The notes under the pieces are model-generated. The model was given only the letters and a program-made list of their open reading frames with translations, did no database searches and was not told the origin of the DNA. A stretch of 64,000 bases of DNA from an uncultured Gemmatimonadales bacterium (lineage in GTDB: Bacteria > Gemmatimonadota > Gemmatimonadetes > Gemmatimonadales > GWC2-71-9). Position numbers and translations under genes: made by a program. Below are positions 23,307 to 34,206 of the stretch, piece after piece. The stretch spans positions 32,001-96,000 of the forward strand of contig CAWJMT010000027.1 in assembly GCA_963844035.1 (NCBI GenBank), in the 5' to 3' direction. The first letter of the stretch is position 1, and the number at the start of each line of letters is the position of its first letter.

Positions 23307-24193
23307 ATCCGTTCTGTGCTTCCGCGCCGCCGACGATCTCGGCGATCTCCTGCGTGATCTGCGCCTGACGGGCCCGGTTGTAGGTCCGCTTCAGAGATGT
23401 CGAGAATGTCGCCCGCATTGTCGGTCGCATTCTTCATCGCCGTGCGGCGCGCGCCGTGCTCGGCCGCCGCCGTTTCCACCAGCGCGCGGAAGATCTGGTT
23501 CCGCACGTACAGCGGCAGCAGGCGCTCGAGAATCGCCTCAGCCGACGGCTTGAGGATGTAGAACGGCATTTTCTGCGCGCCCTTCCGCGCTCCCGCCTTC
23601 GGCGGGGCGTCACCGGCAGGATCCGCACCACCGTCGCCGGCGTGGACATCGCGCTGTTGAATTTCGCGAACACCACGTCGACCGCGTCCAGCTTCCCTTT
23701 CTCAAACTGCTCGCATCAGCGGGCCGACCAGCTCCACCGCATGCTCGGCCGTCGGCCGGTCCCCGATGTCGGTGCGCTGCACCGCCGCCGTCCGCCCCGC
23801 GAACCGGAAATAGGCGATCCCCTTCTTCCCCACGAGGTGCAACTCGACGGTCGCGCCGTCAGCCTCGAGCTGCTCCACGCCGCTGGCGCCCCTCGCGAAT
23901 CAGGTTCGCGTTGAACGCACCCGCCAGGCCGCGGTTCGACGTGATGACCACGAGCGCCACCCGCTTCACGCCGCCCGGGCCGGGCTGCCGCAGCAGCGGG
24001 AACCGCTCCGCGAGCTCCGGCGAATAGAGATCGGCGATCACGTCGGCCAGCGCCGCCGCGTACGGCCGCGCGCCCACCACCCGCTCCTGCGCGCGCTTCA
24101 GCCGCGACGTGGCGACCATCTCCATCGTCTTGGTGATCTGGCGGATGCTGCGAACCGACTTGATCCGCTGGCGCAGGCCGCGCGTCTCCGCCA

Positions 24194-24194
<1 letters not shown>
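23305..24194 (-). CDS. atpG: ATP synthase gamma subunit (several frameshifts)
   Basis: QITKTMEMVATSRL, SNRGLAGAFN, EHGARRTAMKNATDNA, YNRARQAQITQEIAEIVGGA. Confidence 0.95.
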
Positions 24195-25734
<1,540 letters not shown>

Positions 25735-25753
25735 GGATTTGGGGTTCGAGAGA

Positions 25754-25771
25754 TTGTGAAAAATATCACAT
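25754..25771. promoter_or_regulatory. Rex-like (or CRP-like) operator upstream of atpA
   Basis: TTGTGAA-AAAT-ATCACAT; contains a perfect TGTGA-N6-TCACA. Confidence 0.55.
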
Positions 25772-25794
25772 GCCCGGCATACCGCAACTACGAA

Positions 25795-25867
25795 CGGCTA
25801 GACGGTTAGGCGGTTAGCCGGTTAGGGGGCTCGACGGCATCTAACCGCCTAACCGCCTAGCTCCTAG
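25795..25867. repeat. Octamer tandem-repeat hairpin (GRCGGTTA)n...(TAACCGCC)n
   Basis: Direct reading. Confidence 0.8.
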
Positions 25868-26609
25868 AACGCGTCTTTCCTCTTATGAACCGCTGCAACA
25901 CGCCCCGGGGCCCCAGCTCGCGCAACTCCTGCGGGCTCACCCCGGCCACCCGGCGGGCCGTCCCGGCCAGGTGGCTGGGGGACGCATACCCAGAATGCGG
26001 GACACCGTCGCGACGTTGTAGCCTGGTTGCCGAGCAGGTCGGCCGCGCAGGCGGAGCGCGCCAGGTCGATCACGCGCTTCAGGTTGGGCGCGCCCCCCGA
26101 CCGCGAATTCCCGCGACAGATGCTCACGCGTAACGCGTAACGCCTGCGCGATGTGGGCCGTCGTGATCGGCGCGCGTCACGCGACGCTGGACCTCGTCCC
26201 ACGCGCCGAGCTGCAGCGGGTCGGTCAGGCGCAGCAGCTTGGGGGCGTCGGCGAGCGCCTGGCGCCGCGCCACCTGCGCCGTCCGCGCCGCGACCCACTC
26301 GCCCGACGAGGGCGTGTCCACCCCCTCGACCAGGATGCCGGCGAACCCCGCCCGATGGCACCGGGCGATGAGCGCTCCGTCGTCCGGCCGGAACGCCGAC
26401 AGGGCGTACATGGGGATGCGCGGGAACCGGGCGGGCAGGCTCAGCCCCGCGTCCGGCACCGCCTTCACGTCGAGCACGACCGCATCCACCACGCGATGGG
26501 CCAGCAGGCGCTCCACGGCGGCGAGGGTGCGGCACAGGCGGACGCTCCCGGCGCCGCGCGGGTAGCCCCGCTGCACTGCCCGCCGCGTCTCGCGGCGCGG
26601 ATGAAACAC
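25857..26609 (-). CDS. AraC-type HTH regulator with receiver-like N-terminus (frameshifted)
   Basis: VVDAVVLD receiver-like strand; REHLSREF...LKRVIDLAR...NVATVSRILG..SPSHLAGTARRVAGVSP pieced across frames. Confidence 0.7.
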
Positions 26610-26620
26610 CGGAATGACGG

Positions 26621-27079
26621 TCAGCCGGCCTCGTCCGGCGCCAGTGCGTGCACCATGTCCGCTGCGCGCTCCAGCACGCTGCGCGCGTTGTCGTACGAGA
26701 TCGTATCGACGGACCCCGCGAGCGAATGCCAGCTACAGTCGGTGATCCCCTCCTCGGCCTGGGGCACCGGCTCGCCGTGCTTCGATTCGAACAGGAAGAA
26801 ATGGCAGTACTTGTGAATCGTCTTGCCGCGAAACCGAAAATACCAGTCGATCACCTGGATCGGCCCGTGCAGGGTCAGGTCCCCGAGGCCGGTCTCCTCG
26901 ACCACCTCGCGGCGCGCGGCATCGGCGGGCGGCTCCCCCGGCTCGAGGTGCCCCTTGGGGAGCCCCCAGTTCCGGTAGGAATCGCGAATCAGCAGAAACC
27001 GCACGTCGTCCCCCTCGCGCCGGAACACGACTCCCCCGGCGCTCGTCTCCCGCTCAGCCCGTCGCTGCCGCTGTGCCAT
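26621..27079 (-). CDS. NUDIX hydrolase (Ap4A hydrolase-like)
   Basis: SAGGVVFR; Nudix box PKGHLEPGEPPADAARREVVEETGL. Confidence 0.92.
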   Translation of the reverse strand: MAQRQRRAERETSAGGVVFRREGDDVRFLLIRDSYRNWGLPKGHLEPGEPPADAARREVVEETGLGDLTLHGPIQVIDWYFRFRGKTIHKYCHFFLFESKHGEPVPQAEEGITDCSWHSLAGSVDTISYDNARSVLERAADMVHALAPDEAG

Positions 27080-27081
27080 GC

Positions 27082-28089
27082 CTAGAACACGCTGAAGCTG
27101 AAGTACTTGCGCGGATTGGCCTGAATGTCCGACAGCAGCTGCCGCAGCTGGATCATCGTCAACGCCGTCTCGCGGTACAGCGTCGAATCGGATACCAGCA
27201 GCCCCAGCGTTCCGGTGCGGTTCACGATGCGCGACATCACGGTGTCGGCCGACGTGAGCACCCGCACCAGACTCTCCTGATTCTTGTGGGCCGCTTCCAT
27301 GAATTCCCGCAGGTTCTGCGAGGCGCTGCGGAGGTCCTGGCTTGACGCCGCGGAGTTGTTGAGAATCGTCGCGAGCTGGCCCTGGTTGGTGGCCGAGTCG
27401 ACTCGCCCGAGCGTGTTGGACAGATCGGTCGCAGCGCGCGCCAGCAGGTTGGACCCCTGGCGCAGGTTGGACCCCACCGACCCGAGCATTTCCGCCTGTT
27501 CGTTGGTGACGCGGAGCAGGCGGTCGGAGACCTGCCCGAAGTCGCTGATCGCGCCCCGCAGATCCATCACTGCCTGGGAGTCGAACGCCGTCTGCACGCG
27601 ATTGGCGACGGCGGCGATGTCGGTCGCGATGCGGCTCGCCTGCGCCGTCAGCTGCCCGATGTCGGGGAGCGTCGCGCCCGGCCACTTGCTCCCCGCGCCT
27701 GCGGACGCTTCCGCGATCGCCTGGCGCACGTTCGGGTCGTCGGGCAGCTGCTCCAGGGGGATCAGGGTCGCGGCCCACTCGCCGAACAGCGACGCGGAGG
27801 CGGCGATGACGACCGGTTTGGCGGGCAGCGTGACGCCGCTGTAGATCTTCATGTCCGCCTCGACCCAGTCACCCGCGGTCAGCCGGATCGCCTCCACGCG
27901 CCCCACCCGCACGCCCCGCAGCACCACCGGCGCCCCGGCGCCGAGCCCACCCATCGTGCGAAACCGGGCCGTGTAGACGGCCTCAGTCTTGCCGATGTGG
28001 GCCCCGGAGAGCCACAGGGCGCCCGCCACGATGACCGCGAACGCGACGATCACCACCACGCCGACTGTGAACTCGTTTTCGCGTTTCAT
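27082..28089 (-). CDS. mlaD: MlaD/MCE family protein
   Basis: N-terminal TM; GLGAGAPVVLRGVRVGRV; GTLGLLVSD...NPRKY. Confidence 0.9.
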   Translation of the reverse strand: MKRENEFTVGVVVIVAFAVIVAGALWLSGAHIGKTEAVYTARFRTMGGLGAGAPVVLRGVRVGRVEAIRLTAGDWVEADMKIYSGVTLPAKPVVIAASASLFGEWAATLIPLEQLPDDPNVRQAIAEASAGAGSKWPGATLPDIGQLTAQASRIATDIAAVANRVQTAFDSQAVMDLRGAISDFGQVSDRLLRVTNEQAEMLGSVGSNLRQGSNLLARAATDLSNTLGRVDSATNQGQLATILNNSAASSQDLRSASQNLREFMEAAHKNQESLVRVLTSADTVMSRIVNRTGTLGLLVSDSTLYRETALTMIQLRQLLSDIQANPRKYFSFSVF

Positions 28090-28814
28090 GGCGCACGTCC
28101 CTCGATGAACTGCCGGACGACCGGGTCTCGCGTCGCCTGCACTTCTGCTACGGTGCCGACCTGCCGGATCCGGCCCTCGTACAGCATGGCGATCCGGTCC
28201 CCGACCGTGTAGGCGCTGCGCATGTCGTGGGTCACCACCACGCCGGTGACGCCAAGGCGCTCGCGGGTCCGCACGATCAACCGGTCGATCACGGCCGACG
28301 TCACCGGGTCCAATCCGGTCGTGGGCTCGTCATACAGGATATAGCGCGGCCGTATGGCGATGGCGCGCGCGATCCCGACCCGTTTTCGCATCCCCCCGGA
28401 CAGCTCGGCGGGATACTGCTCACCCGCCCCCGTGAGGTCAACCATGGCCAGCGCCTCCTCCACCCGCTCGTCGATCTCCTCGTCGGTCAGACGCCGCTGG
28501 CGCAGCCCCAGGGCCACGTTGTCGGCCACCGTCATCGAATCGAACAGCGCGGCGAACTGGAACACATAGCCGATGTCGCGGCGCAGCGTCGTTCAAGGCG
28601 GCCCGCTCGAGGGTCGACACCGACACGACCGTCTACCGACAACATCTCCCTCGTCGGGCTCGAGCAGGCCCACGATATGCTTCAGCGCAACGCTCTTCCC
28701 GGTCCCGGAGTAACCGATGATCACCATCGTCTCGCCGTCCTGCACCTCGAGCGAGAGGCCCGCGAGCACCGGCTTGCCGCCGAACGCCTTGGAGAGGCCG
28801 CGAAATTCGATCAC
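28086..28814 (-). CDS. mlaF: MlaF-like ABC ATPase (frameshift ~28590-28620)
   Basis: GYSGTGKS, FQFAALFDS, LSGGMRKR, LYDEPTTGLDP. Confidence 0.92.
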
Positions 28815-29577
28815 CGCAGCAGCGTGGCCGCCCAGAAGGCGTCGAGCGTCAGAATCAGGACCGCCGAGTACACCTGGGCGCGGGTGCTGCTGCGGCCCAC
28901 GCCCTCGGCGCCACCGCGCGTCGACAGCCCCATCACGCAGCCGACCATGGTGATCGCGAACCCGAAGGTCGCACTCTTGAGCAGGCCGAACCAGGTGTCT
29001 TTGAACACGTAGAACAGCTTCAGCCCCTTCACGAACTCGGGCGTGGAGAGGTGGAGGAACGCCAGGCTCGTCATCCATCCCGTGATAATGCCGATCCACG
29101 ATGGCGAGTGCAACCACGAGCGGAAACATCGCCGTCCCGGCGAGCACGCGCGGCACAACCAGAAAGCTCTGCGGGTCGTATGCCAGGGTCTCGAGTGCGT
29201 CCACTTGCTCGGTGACCTTCATCGTCCCGAGTTCGGCGGCCATGCTCGCTCCCACGCGCCCGGCGAGCGCCAAGCCCACCAGCATCGGGCCCAGCTCGAG
29301 CATCATGCTCTTGCCGACGAGCGTCCCAACGAGATACAGCGGGAACGGTACCGTTGAAGGTGTAGGAGGCCTGCAGCGCGAGGATGACGCCGGTGAACGC
29401 GGCGATGAACAGCGCGACCGGAAGCGAGTCCACGCCGATGCGGCGCATCTGCACGAAGAGCAGACGACCCCACGTGGCGACATCCGGCACGGCGCGCGCC
29501 ATGTCGGCCATGAAATGACCCCAGCGACCGGCATCCTCGACGAGGTTGACGGCCTTGCGGCCGATACGCTCGATCAC
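28811..29577 (-). CDS. mlaE: MlaE family ABC permease (frameshifts)
   Basis: IGVDSLP, ELGPML...GRVGASMAAELGTMKVTEQVDAL, GGAEGVG. Confidence 0.92.
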
Positions 29578-29707
29578 GGGGGTTAAGCTAACGTCGCTAA
29601 GTACGCTAAGACGTAGCGACGCTATGTCGCAAGAAAAAGACGAGGTGGCCGGGACCTGCACCGACCATCCTGGCAACCTGCAACTTACCGTCGTAGCGCT
29701 TAGCGTC

Positions 29708-30694
29708 TTACGCTGCAAAACTCGCCAGCGCCTTCCCCACATCGCCATCCCGCAGGCGCTTGAGCGCGCGATCCCGCAGCTGCCGCACGCGCTCACGCGT
29801 TACGCCGAGCATGCCGCCGATTTCCTCGAGCGTGTGCTCGCGGCCGCCGTCCAGGCCGAAGTAGAGGCGCAACACCTTGGCATCGCGCCGCTGCAGCGTG
29901 TTCAGCGCCGACTCGACCTCGTCGGACAGGAACCGGTCCATCGCCTGGTCTTCCGTATCCGGGAGGTCCTCGGCGATGAAGCGCTCGATCAGCGACCGGT
30001 CGCCGTCCGGATCGAGCGGGGCGTCCAGCCGCACGTCGCCCGTGTTGAGGGCCGCGAGCGACTGCACCACCTCGAGCGACAACTTGGTGGCATCGGCGAT
30101 CTCTTCCGGCGTGGGCTCGCGCCGCATCGTCTGCCGCAGGTACTCGGCCGTCCGCACGATGCGCGACAGGTCGGCGGTGCGGTTGAGGGGTACGCGCACC
30201 GTTCGGCCCTGACGCGCCAGCGCCGCCAGGATCGCCTGACGGATCCACCACACAGCGTAGGAGATGAACTTCACGCCCTGATCGGGATCGAACTTCCGCG
30301 CCGCCGTGAGCAGTCCCACGTTCCCCTCGCCGATCAGATCGGTGAGCGGGAGGCCGCGGTTCTGGTATTTCTTGGCGACCGAAATGACGAAGCGCAGGTT
30401 GCGCTTCACCAGCTCCTGCATCGCCTCCTGATCGCCGGCGCGCACCTTCCGCGCGAGCGCGATCTCCTCCTTCTGCGTGAGCAGAGGGGTCTTGGAGACT
30501 TCGTGCAGGTACTGGTCGAGAATGTCGCGCTCGTGTTCGTGGTGGCCCAGACCGGACATCAGGCCGCGCCGGCGACCGCGCTTTCTGCCAGGCTTGGGCT
30601 TAGCCGCGGGCGCCGCCGGTGGTACGACGGTCGCCGCTCGGGGCTTCGCCCGGGAGGCAGGGGCAGTCTTGGTGCGGCGGGTGGCCTTGGGCAT
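29708..30694 (-). CDS. RNA polymerase sigma-70 factor, RpoD/SigA family
   Basis: LDQYLHEV, NLRFVISVAKKY, DLIGEGNVGL, SYAVWWIRQ, TLEEIG...TRERVRQ. Confidence 0.95.
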   Translation of the reverse strand: MPKATRRTKTAPASRAKPRAATVVPPAAPAAKPKPGRKRGRRRGLMSGLGHHEHERDILDQYLHEVSKTPLLTQKEEIALARKVRAGDQEAMQELVKRNLRFVISVAKKYQNRGLPLTDLIGEGNVGLLTAARKFDPDQGVKFISYAVWWIRQAILAALARQGRTVRVPLNRTADLSRIVRTAEYLRQTMRREPTPEEIADATKLSLEVVQSLAALNTGDVRLDAPLDPDGDRSLIERFIAEDLPDTEDQAMDRFLSDEVESALNTLQRRDAKVLRLYFGLDGGREHTLEEIGGMLGVTRERVRQLRDRALKRLRDGDVGKALASFAA

Positions 30695-30776
30695 GTCCCT
30701 CTTATCTGGTCTGGCGTGAGAATTCCCCCCTGATACCACCGACGGGGGTAAAAGTTCATCGCGAGCGGAAAATCGC

Positions 30777-30805
30777 TTGACACTGCTACAACGCCCCGAT
30801 ATGAT
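30777..30805 (+). promoter_or_regulatory. Sigma-70 promoter of the tRNA cluster
   Basis: TTGACA-17-TATGAT. Confidence 0.75.
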
Positions 30806-30851
30806 GCCGTGTTCCAGTCGGATAGGCATCCGAGGGGGCGGCTAATATAAC

Positions 30852-30924
30852 GGGGGCGTAGCTCAGTTGGGAGAGCGCGTGAATGGCATTCACGAGGTCA
30901 GGGGTTCGATCCCCCTCGCCTCCA
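30852..30924 (+). tRNA. tRNA-Ala(GGC)
   Basis: Cloverleaf; CGTGA-ATGGCAT-TCACG anticodon arm; GTTCGAT T-loop. Confidence 0.96.
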
Positions 30925-31013
30925 TTGGGGGGCGGGCCGGGTGAAGTCGCAAAATGGGCCGGGCCGGGCTGTGGTAGATAGAACCCCACGGAGCCGTTAC
31001 ATTTGCGACGCAC

Positions 31014-31086
31014 GCGGGAATAGCTCAGTTGGTAGAGCACAACCTTGCCAAGGTTGGGGTCGCGGGTTCGAGTCCCGTTTCCCGCT
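31014..31086 (+). tRNA. tRNA-Gly(GCC)
   Basis: GCGGGAA acceptor; anticodon loop TTGCCAA. Confidence 0.96.
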
Positions 31087-31092
31087 CTGAGA

Positions 31093-31200
31093 GGCGGTTA
31101 GACGGGTGGTAGGCTGACGGTTAGGCGGTTAGACGGTTAGGAACGACGGGCGAAGGCGTGGGTCTCTCTAACCGCCTAACCGTCCAATCCCTAACCGACT
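31093..31200. repeat. Octamer tandem-repeat hairpin (GRCGGTTA)n...(TAACCGYC)n
   Basis: tRNA-Gly/tRNA-fMet spacer; same unit as 25795 and 14402. Confidence 0.75.
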
Positions 31201-31209
31201 AATAGGCGA

Positions 31210-31283
31210 CGCGGGGTGGAGCAGTCTGGTAGCTCGCCGGGCTCATAACCCGGAGGTCGTGGGTTCAAATCCCACCCCCGCTA
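31210..31283 (+). tRNA. tRNA-fMet(CAT), initiator
   Basis: Unpaired C1; CCGGG-CTCATAA-CCCGG with three consecutive G-C pairs. Confidence 0.95.
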
Positions 31284-31349
31284 TTGAGGCGGAGGGATGC
31301 AGGCGGAATGCCGACGGAGCTATTCCGCATCGCGATTCCGCCTTCTCTC

Positions 31350-31423
<74 letters not shown>

Positions 31424-31655
31424 CCTATCCGAGAGAGGGTTGAGACGGACAGGGTACAGGTCGCGGGACCGGCAACAGCTAGACGCACAGACGGGTAGCG
31501 GGTTAACAGGGTGCAGGAGCGAGGAAGGCCCAGCGTCGCTTTTCCCAGTCCCGTGACACTACAACCATCTGTCCGTCTACACGTCTAGTCTTTGCTCTTC
31601 CTGTCCACGGCGACTGCGAACCTGTAGACTGATTCCCAGTTAGTGTTCGAGGCGG

Positions 31656-31729
31656 GCGCCCATAGCTCAACTGGATAGAGCGTTTGGCTACGGACCAAAA
31701 GGCTGGGGGTTCGACTCCCTCTGGGCGCA
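31656..31729 (+). tRNA. tRNA-Arg(ACG)
   Basis: TTTGG-CTACGGA-CCAAA. Confidence 0.95.
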
Positions 31730-31937
31730 CTAAATGCCTGCACGGAAGAAGGACGAAGGTGGTCGGTGGTGGGGAGTAGGAAAGGCAAAGCTAGACGTAT
31801 AGACGTCTAGGGGTGAACAGTGTGAAGTGAATGGGAAGGCTTCCCACTCACTCGCGACTATTCACCGCTGTCCGTCTGTACGTCTAGGATGGCAGGTCCT
31901 GGTTTACTGTTCACCGTAAACTGTTCGTAGGTTTTTC

Positions 31938-32014
<77 letters not shown>

Positions 32015-32021
32015 GAGTAAC

Positions 32022-32058
32022 AATGCTCGATAGCCAGTCAGGCTGTCGAGCATTTTTT
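32022..32058 (+). terminator. Intrinsic terminator after the tRNA cluster
   Basis: AATGCTCGATAGCC-AGTCA-GGCTGTCGAGCATT followed by a T-run. Confidence 0.85.
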
Positions 32059-32090
32059 CGTCGATACACCTCCTTGTACCTATGGCGCGC

Positions 32091-32452
32091 TCATAGGTCT
32101 TCAGCACAGTGATACTTCACACACGTCGATTGTGAGTAGACGATCGCTCCGATTACCGCGGACATGCCGACCCCCATCGCGATCGTCTTACTCTTACTCA
32201 CGTCTCGGATGGCTACCTCTGACATGTCCGAGAAAGCCATGGCGTAGCGTTTTCCCGGTAGCGGCCCACTAGGCTGTCGTCTCTGGTGATTGGCTCCTTG
32301 ATCACGATGTAATACCCACTGGGCCGAGTGATGCGAACGACGTCGGGTTCATTAAACGAGATCACGTCCTTGGGGCTGAATGTCGAGACGCGCCAGCTCG
32401 TGCAGGCTGAGAGAGAGACGAGGAACAGCAGACAAACAAGGCGTAGACGCAT
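32091..32452 (-). CDS. Small lipoprotein, paralog C (frameshift ~32255)
   Basis: MRLRLVCLLFLVSLSAC; continues in another frame as YAMAFSDMSEVAIRDVSKSKTIAMGVGMSAVIGAIVYSQSTCVKYHCAEDL. Confidence 0.7.
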
Positions 32453-32506
32453 GATTCAACTCCTGTCGGTCGGGGCCGTGGGGCCGTTGCTCGGGCGAGA
32501 CCTCTT

Positions 32507-32906
32507 CTAGTTGGGTCCCCCGACGTGGTGCGCTGACAGATCGTCTATAGGACAGTTCTGCTTGACATCGCAGGGCAATAGATCATAGGTGACCGCTGAG
32601 AGCGACGCGATTGCGACCGCTAGCGCGATCGTCCTGCTCTCACTGACCTTCTGGGTCGCAACCTGCGTGACGTCCGCGAACGCGAGGTTGGAGTACACTC
32701 CGTCTGTGGAAGCCCGCCAAGCTGTCACTCCCGACGACTCGCGGCTGCTTAACAACCATGAGCGAGCCGTCGGCCCGAGTCAGACGCATTGATTTCGGGT
32801 GTTCTGCGGCGATGAGTTCTTTCAGGGTGATTCCTTCCCTCACATACCAGTCCGTGCACGCGGGGAGAGAGACGAGCAGCAGCAGACAAACAAGGCGTAG
32901 AAGCAT
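32507..32906 (-). CDS. Small lipoprotein, paralog B (frameshift ~32710-32730)
   Basis: MLLRLVCLLLLVSLPAC... plus GVYSNLAFADV...TIALAVAIA...PCDVKQNC. Confidence 0.7.
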
Positions 32907-32941
32907 GGTTCACCTCCTGACGTTGAGCATTCTTCTCGAGC

Positions 32942-33346
32942 CTAGTCCCTAGTTGGGTCCCCGACGTGCTGCGCTGACAGAGCGTCAGGACCGCAGTTCT
33001 GCCAAAAATCACATGGCAATACCGCATAAGCGGCCGCCGCACTAGCAGCCGCAATCGCAGCCGTTAGCGCGATCGTCTTGCTCGAGCTGCTAATTCGGAT
33101 TTCAACATGCACGACGTCCGCGACCGCGAGGTTGGAGTACACTCCGTTGTGGAAACCCGCCACGCTGTCACTCCCGACTAATAGCGGCTGGTTGACAACC
33201 ACACGCGAGCCGTCAGCCCGGGTGAGGCGCACTACGTTCGGGTGCTCCGTAACAATGAGTTCTTTCAGACTGATCCCCCTCAAATGCCAGGTCGTGCAAG
33301 CGGGGAGAGAGACGAGGAGCAGCAGACAAACAATGGGTAGACGCAT
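32942..33346 (-). CDS. Small lipoprotein, paralog A (intact, 134 aa)
   Basis: SD CAGGAGG; LPAC lipobox; C-terminal hydrophobic helix and PCDFWQNC. Confidence 0.8.
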   Translation of the reverse strand: MRLPIVCLLLLVSLPACTTWHLRGISLKELIVTEHPNVVRLTRADGSRVVVNQPLLVGSDSVAGFHNGVYSNLAVADVVHVEIRISSSSKTIALTAAIAAASAAAAYAVLPCDFWQNCGPDALSAQHVGDPTRD

Positions 33347-33647
33347 GGATTACCTCCTGTTGGTCTCAGCCTAGCGCGGGGTCCCGGGGCGGTAAAGGCC
33401 GTCGCCCGGTTGCCCAACCAACCGTATGCTCGCACACCGGTTAGGCCGGTGAGTGTTTCCGGTCTTACGAACCTGCCGGCATACGCACATCTTCTAGGTG
33501 ACCCGAAGGTTTCGGTGTGCAAATGCGCTCGATTCGCTTCGACAACGCCCTCCGCAGTTCCCCGCGTCCTGACCCGCAGGGCCCATCGCGTTGCCACGCG
33601 CAGTTGCAAACCAGTTGCGTCCCCACCCATGAGAACGGAGGAAACCA

Positions 33648-34055
33648 ATGACGAGATCAGGCGGCAACATCGGTCACTTCGACGCTACATCACGGCGGGT
33701 CGTTGGAACGTGCGTGGTGCTCGCTGGGGCTGGGTCGCTCGGTGGGTTCGTCTCGTCCATGGGTTTCTTGACGGGCATTCTCTTCGCGATCATGATCGCG
33801 CTCGGCTTTTTCTATATCACGGGCGGCCTGCGCGGGGGTTCCGCGATCTTTGGCTTGGTGCTCATCGCGGTCGCGGTGGGTGACGCCTGGTTGGCCTTGC
33901 ACCACGAAGGCGCCTGGGCGCTGCTCGCCGGTGTGATCCTCGGCGCGTACGGATTCGTCACCGCCGAGATGGGGTGGTGTCCGATCAACAGTCTGTTCCA
34001 CAAGGACACGCACAACGTGGACCAGGAGTGGGCAACGCCGCACCCCGCTCACTAA
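33648..34055 (+). CDS. DUF2892/YgaP-like membrane protein, paralog 1
   Basis: NIGHFDATSR start and GWCPINSLF motif; four hydrophobic segments. Confidence 0.7.
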   Translation: MTRSGGNIGHFDATSRRVVGTCVVLAGAGSLGGFVSSMGFLTGILFAIMIALGFFYITGGLRGGSAIFGLVLIAVAVGDAWLALHHEGAWALLAGVILGAYGFVTAEMGWCPINSLFHKDTHNVDQEWATPHPAH

Positions 34056-34069
34056 AGGTCTCACGGTGA

Positions 34070-34102
34070 CGGGAGGGGGCGGCGTACGGCCGCCCCCTCC
34101 CG
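34070..34102 (+). terminator. GC hairpin after paralog 1
   Basis: CGGGAGGGGGCGGC-GTACG-GCCGCCCCCTCCCG; no clear T-run. Confidence 0.55.
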
Positions 34103-34206
34103 CTCATGATCGGCTAGTTCCACAAACCTTCTCCCGCGTCAGTTCGGTTCACGTATCATTCATCATGACGCGACGCCTGACCCCCCTGATACCGAGCGGT
34201 AGCTGA

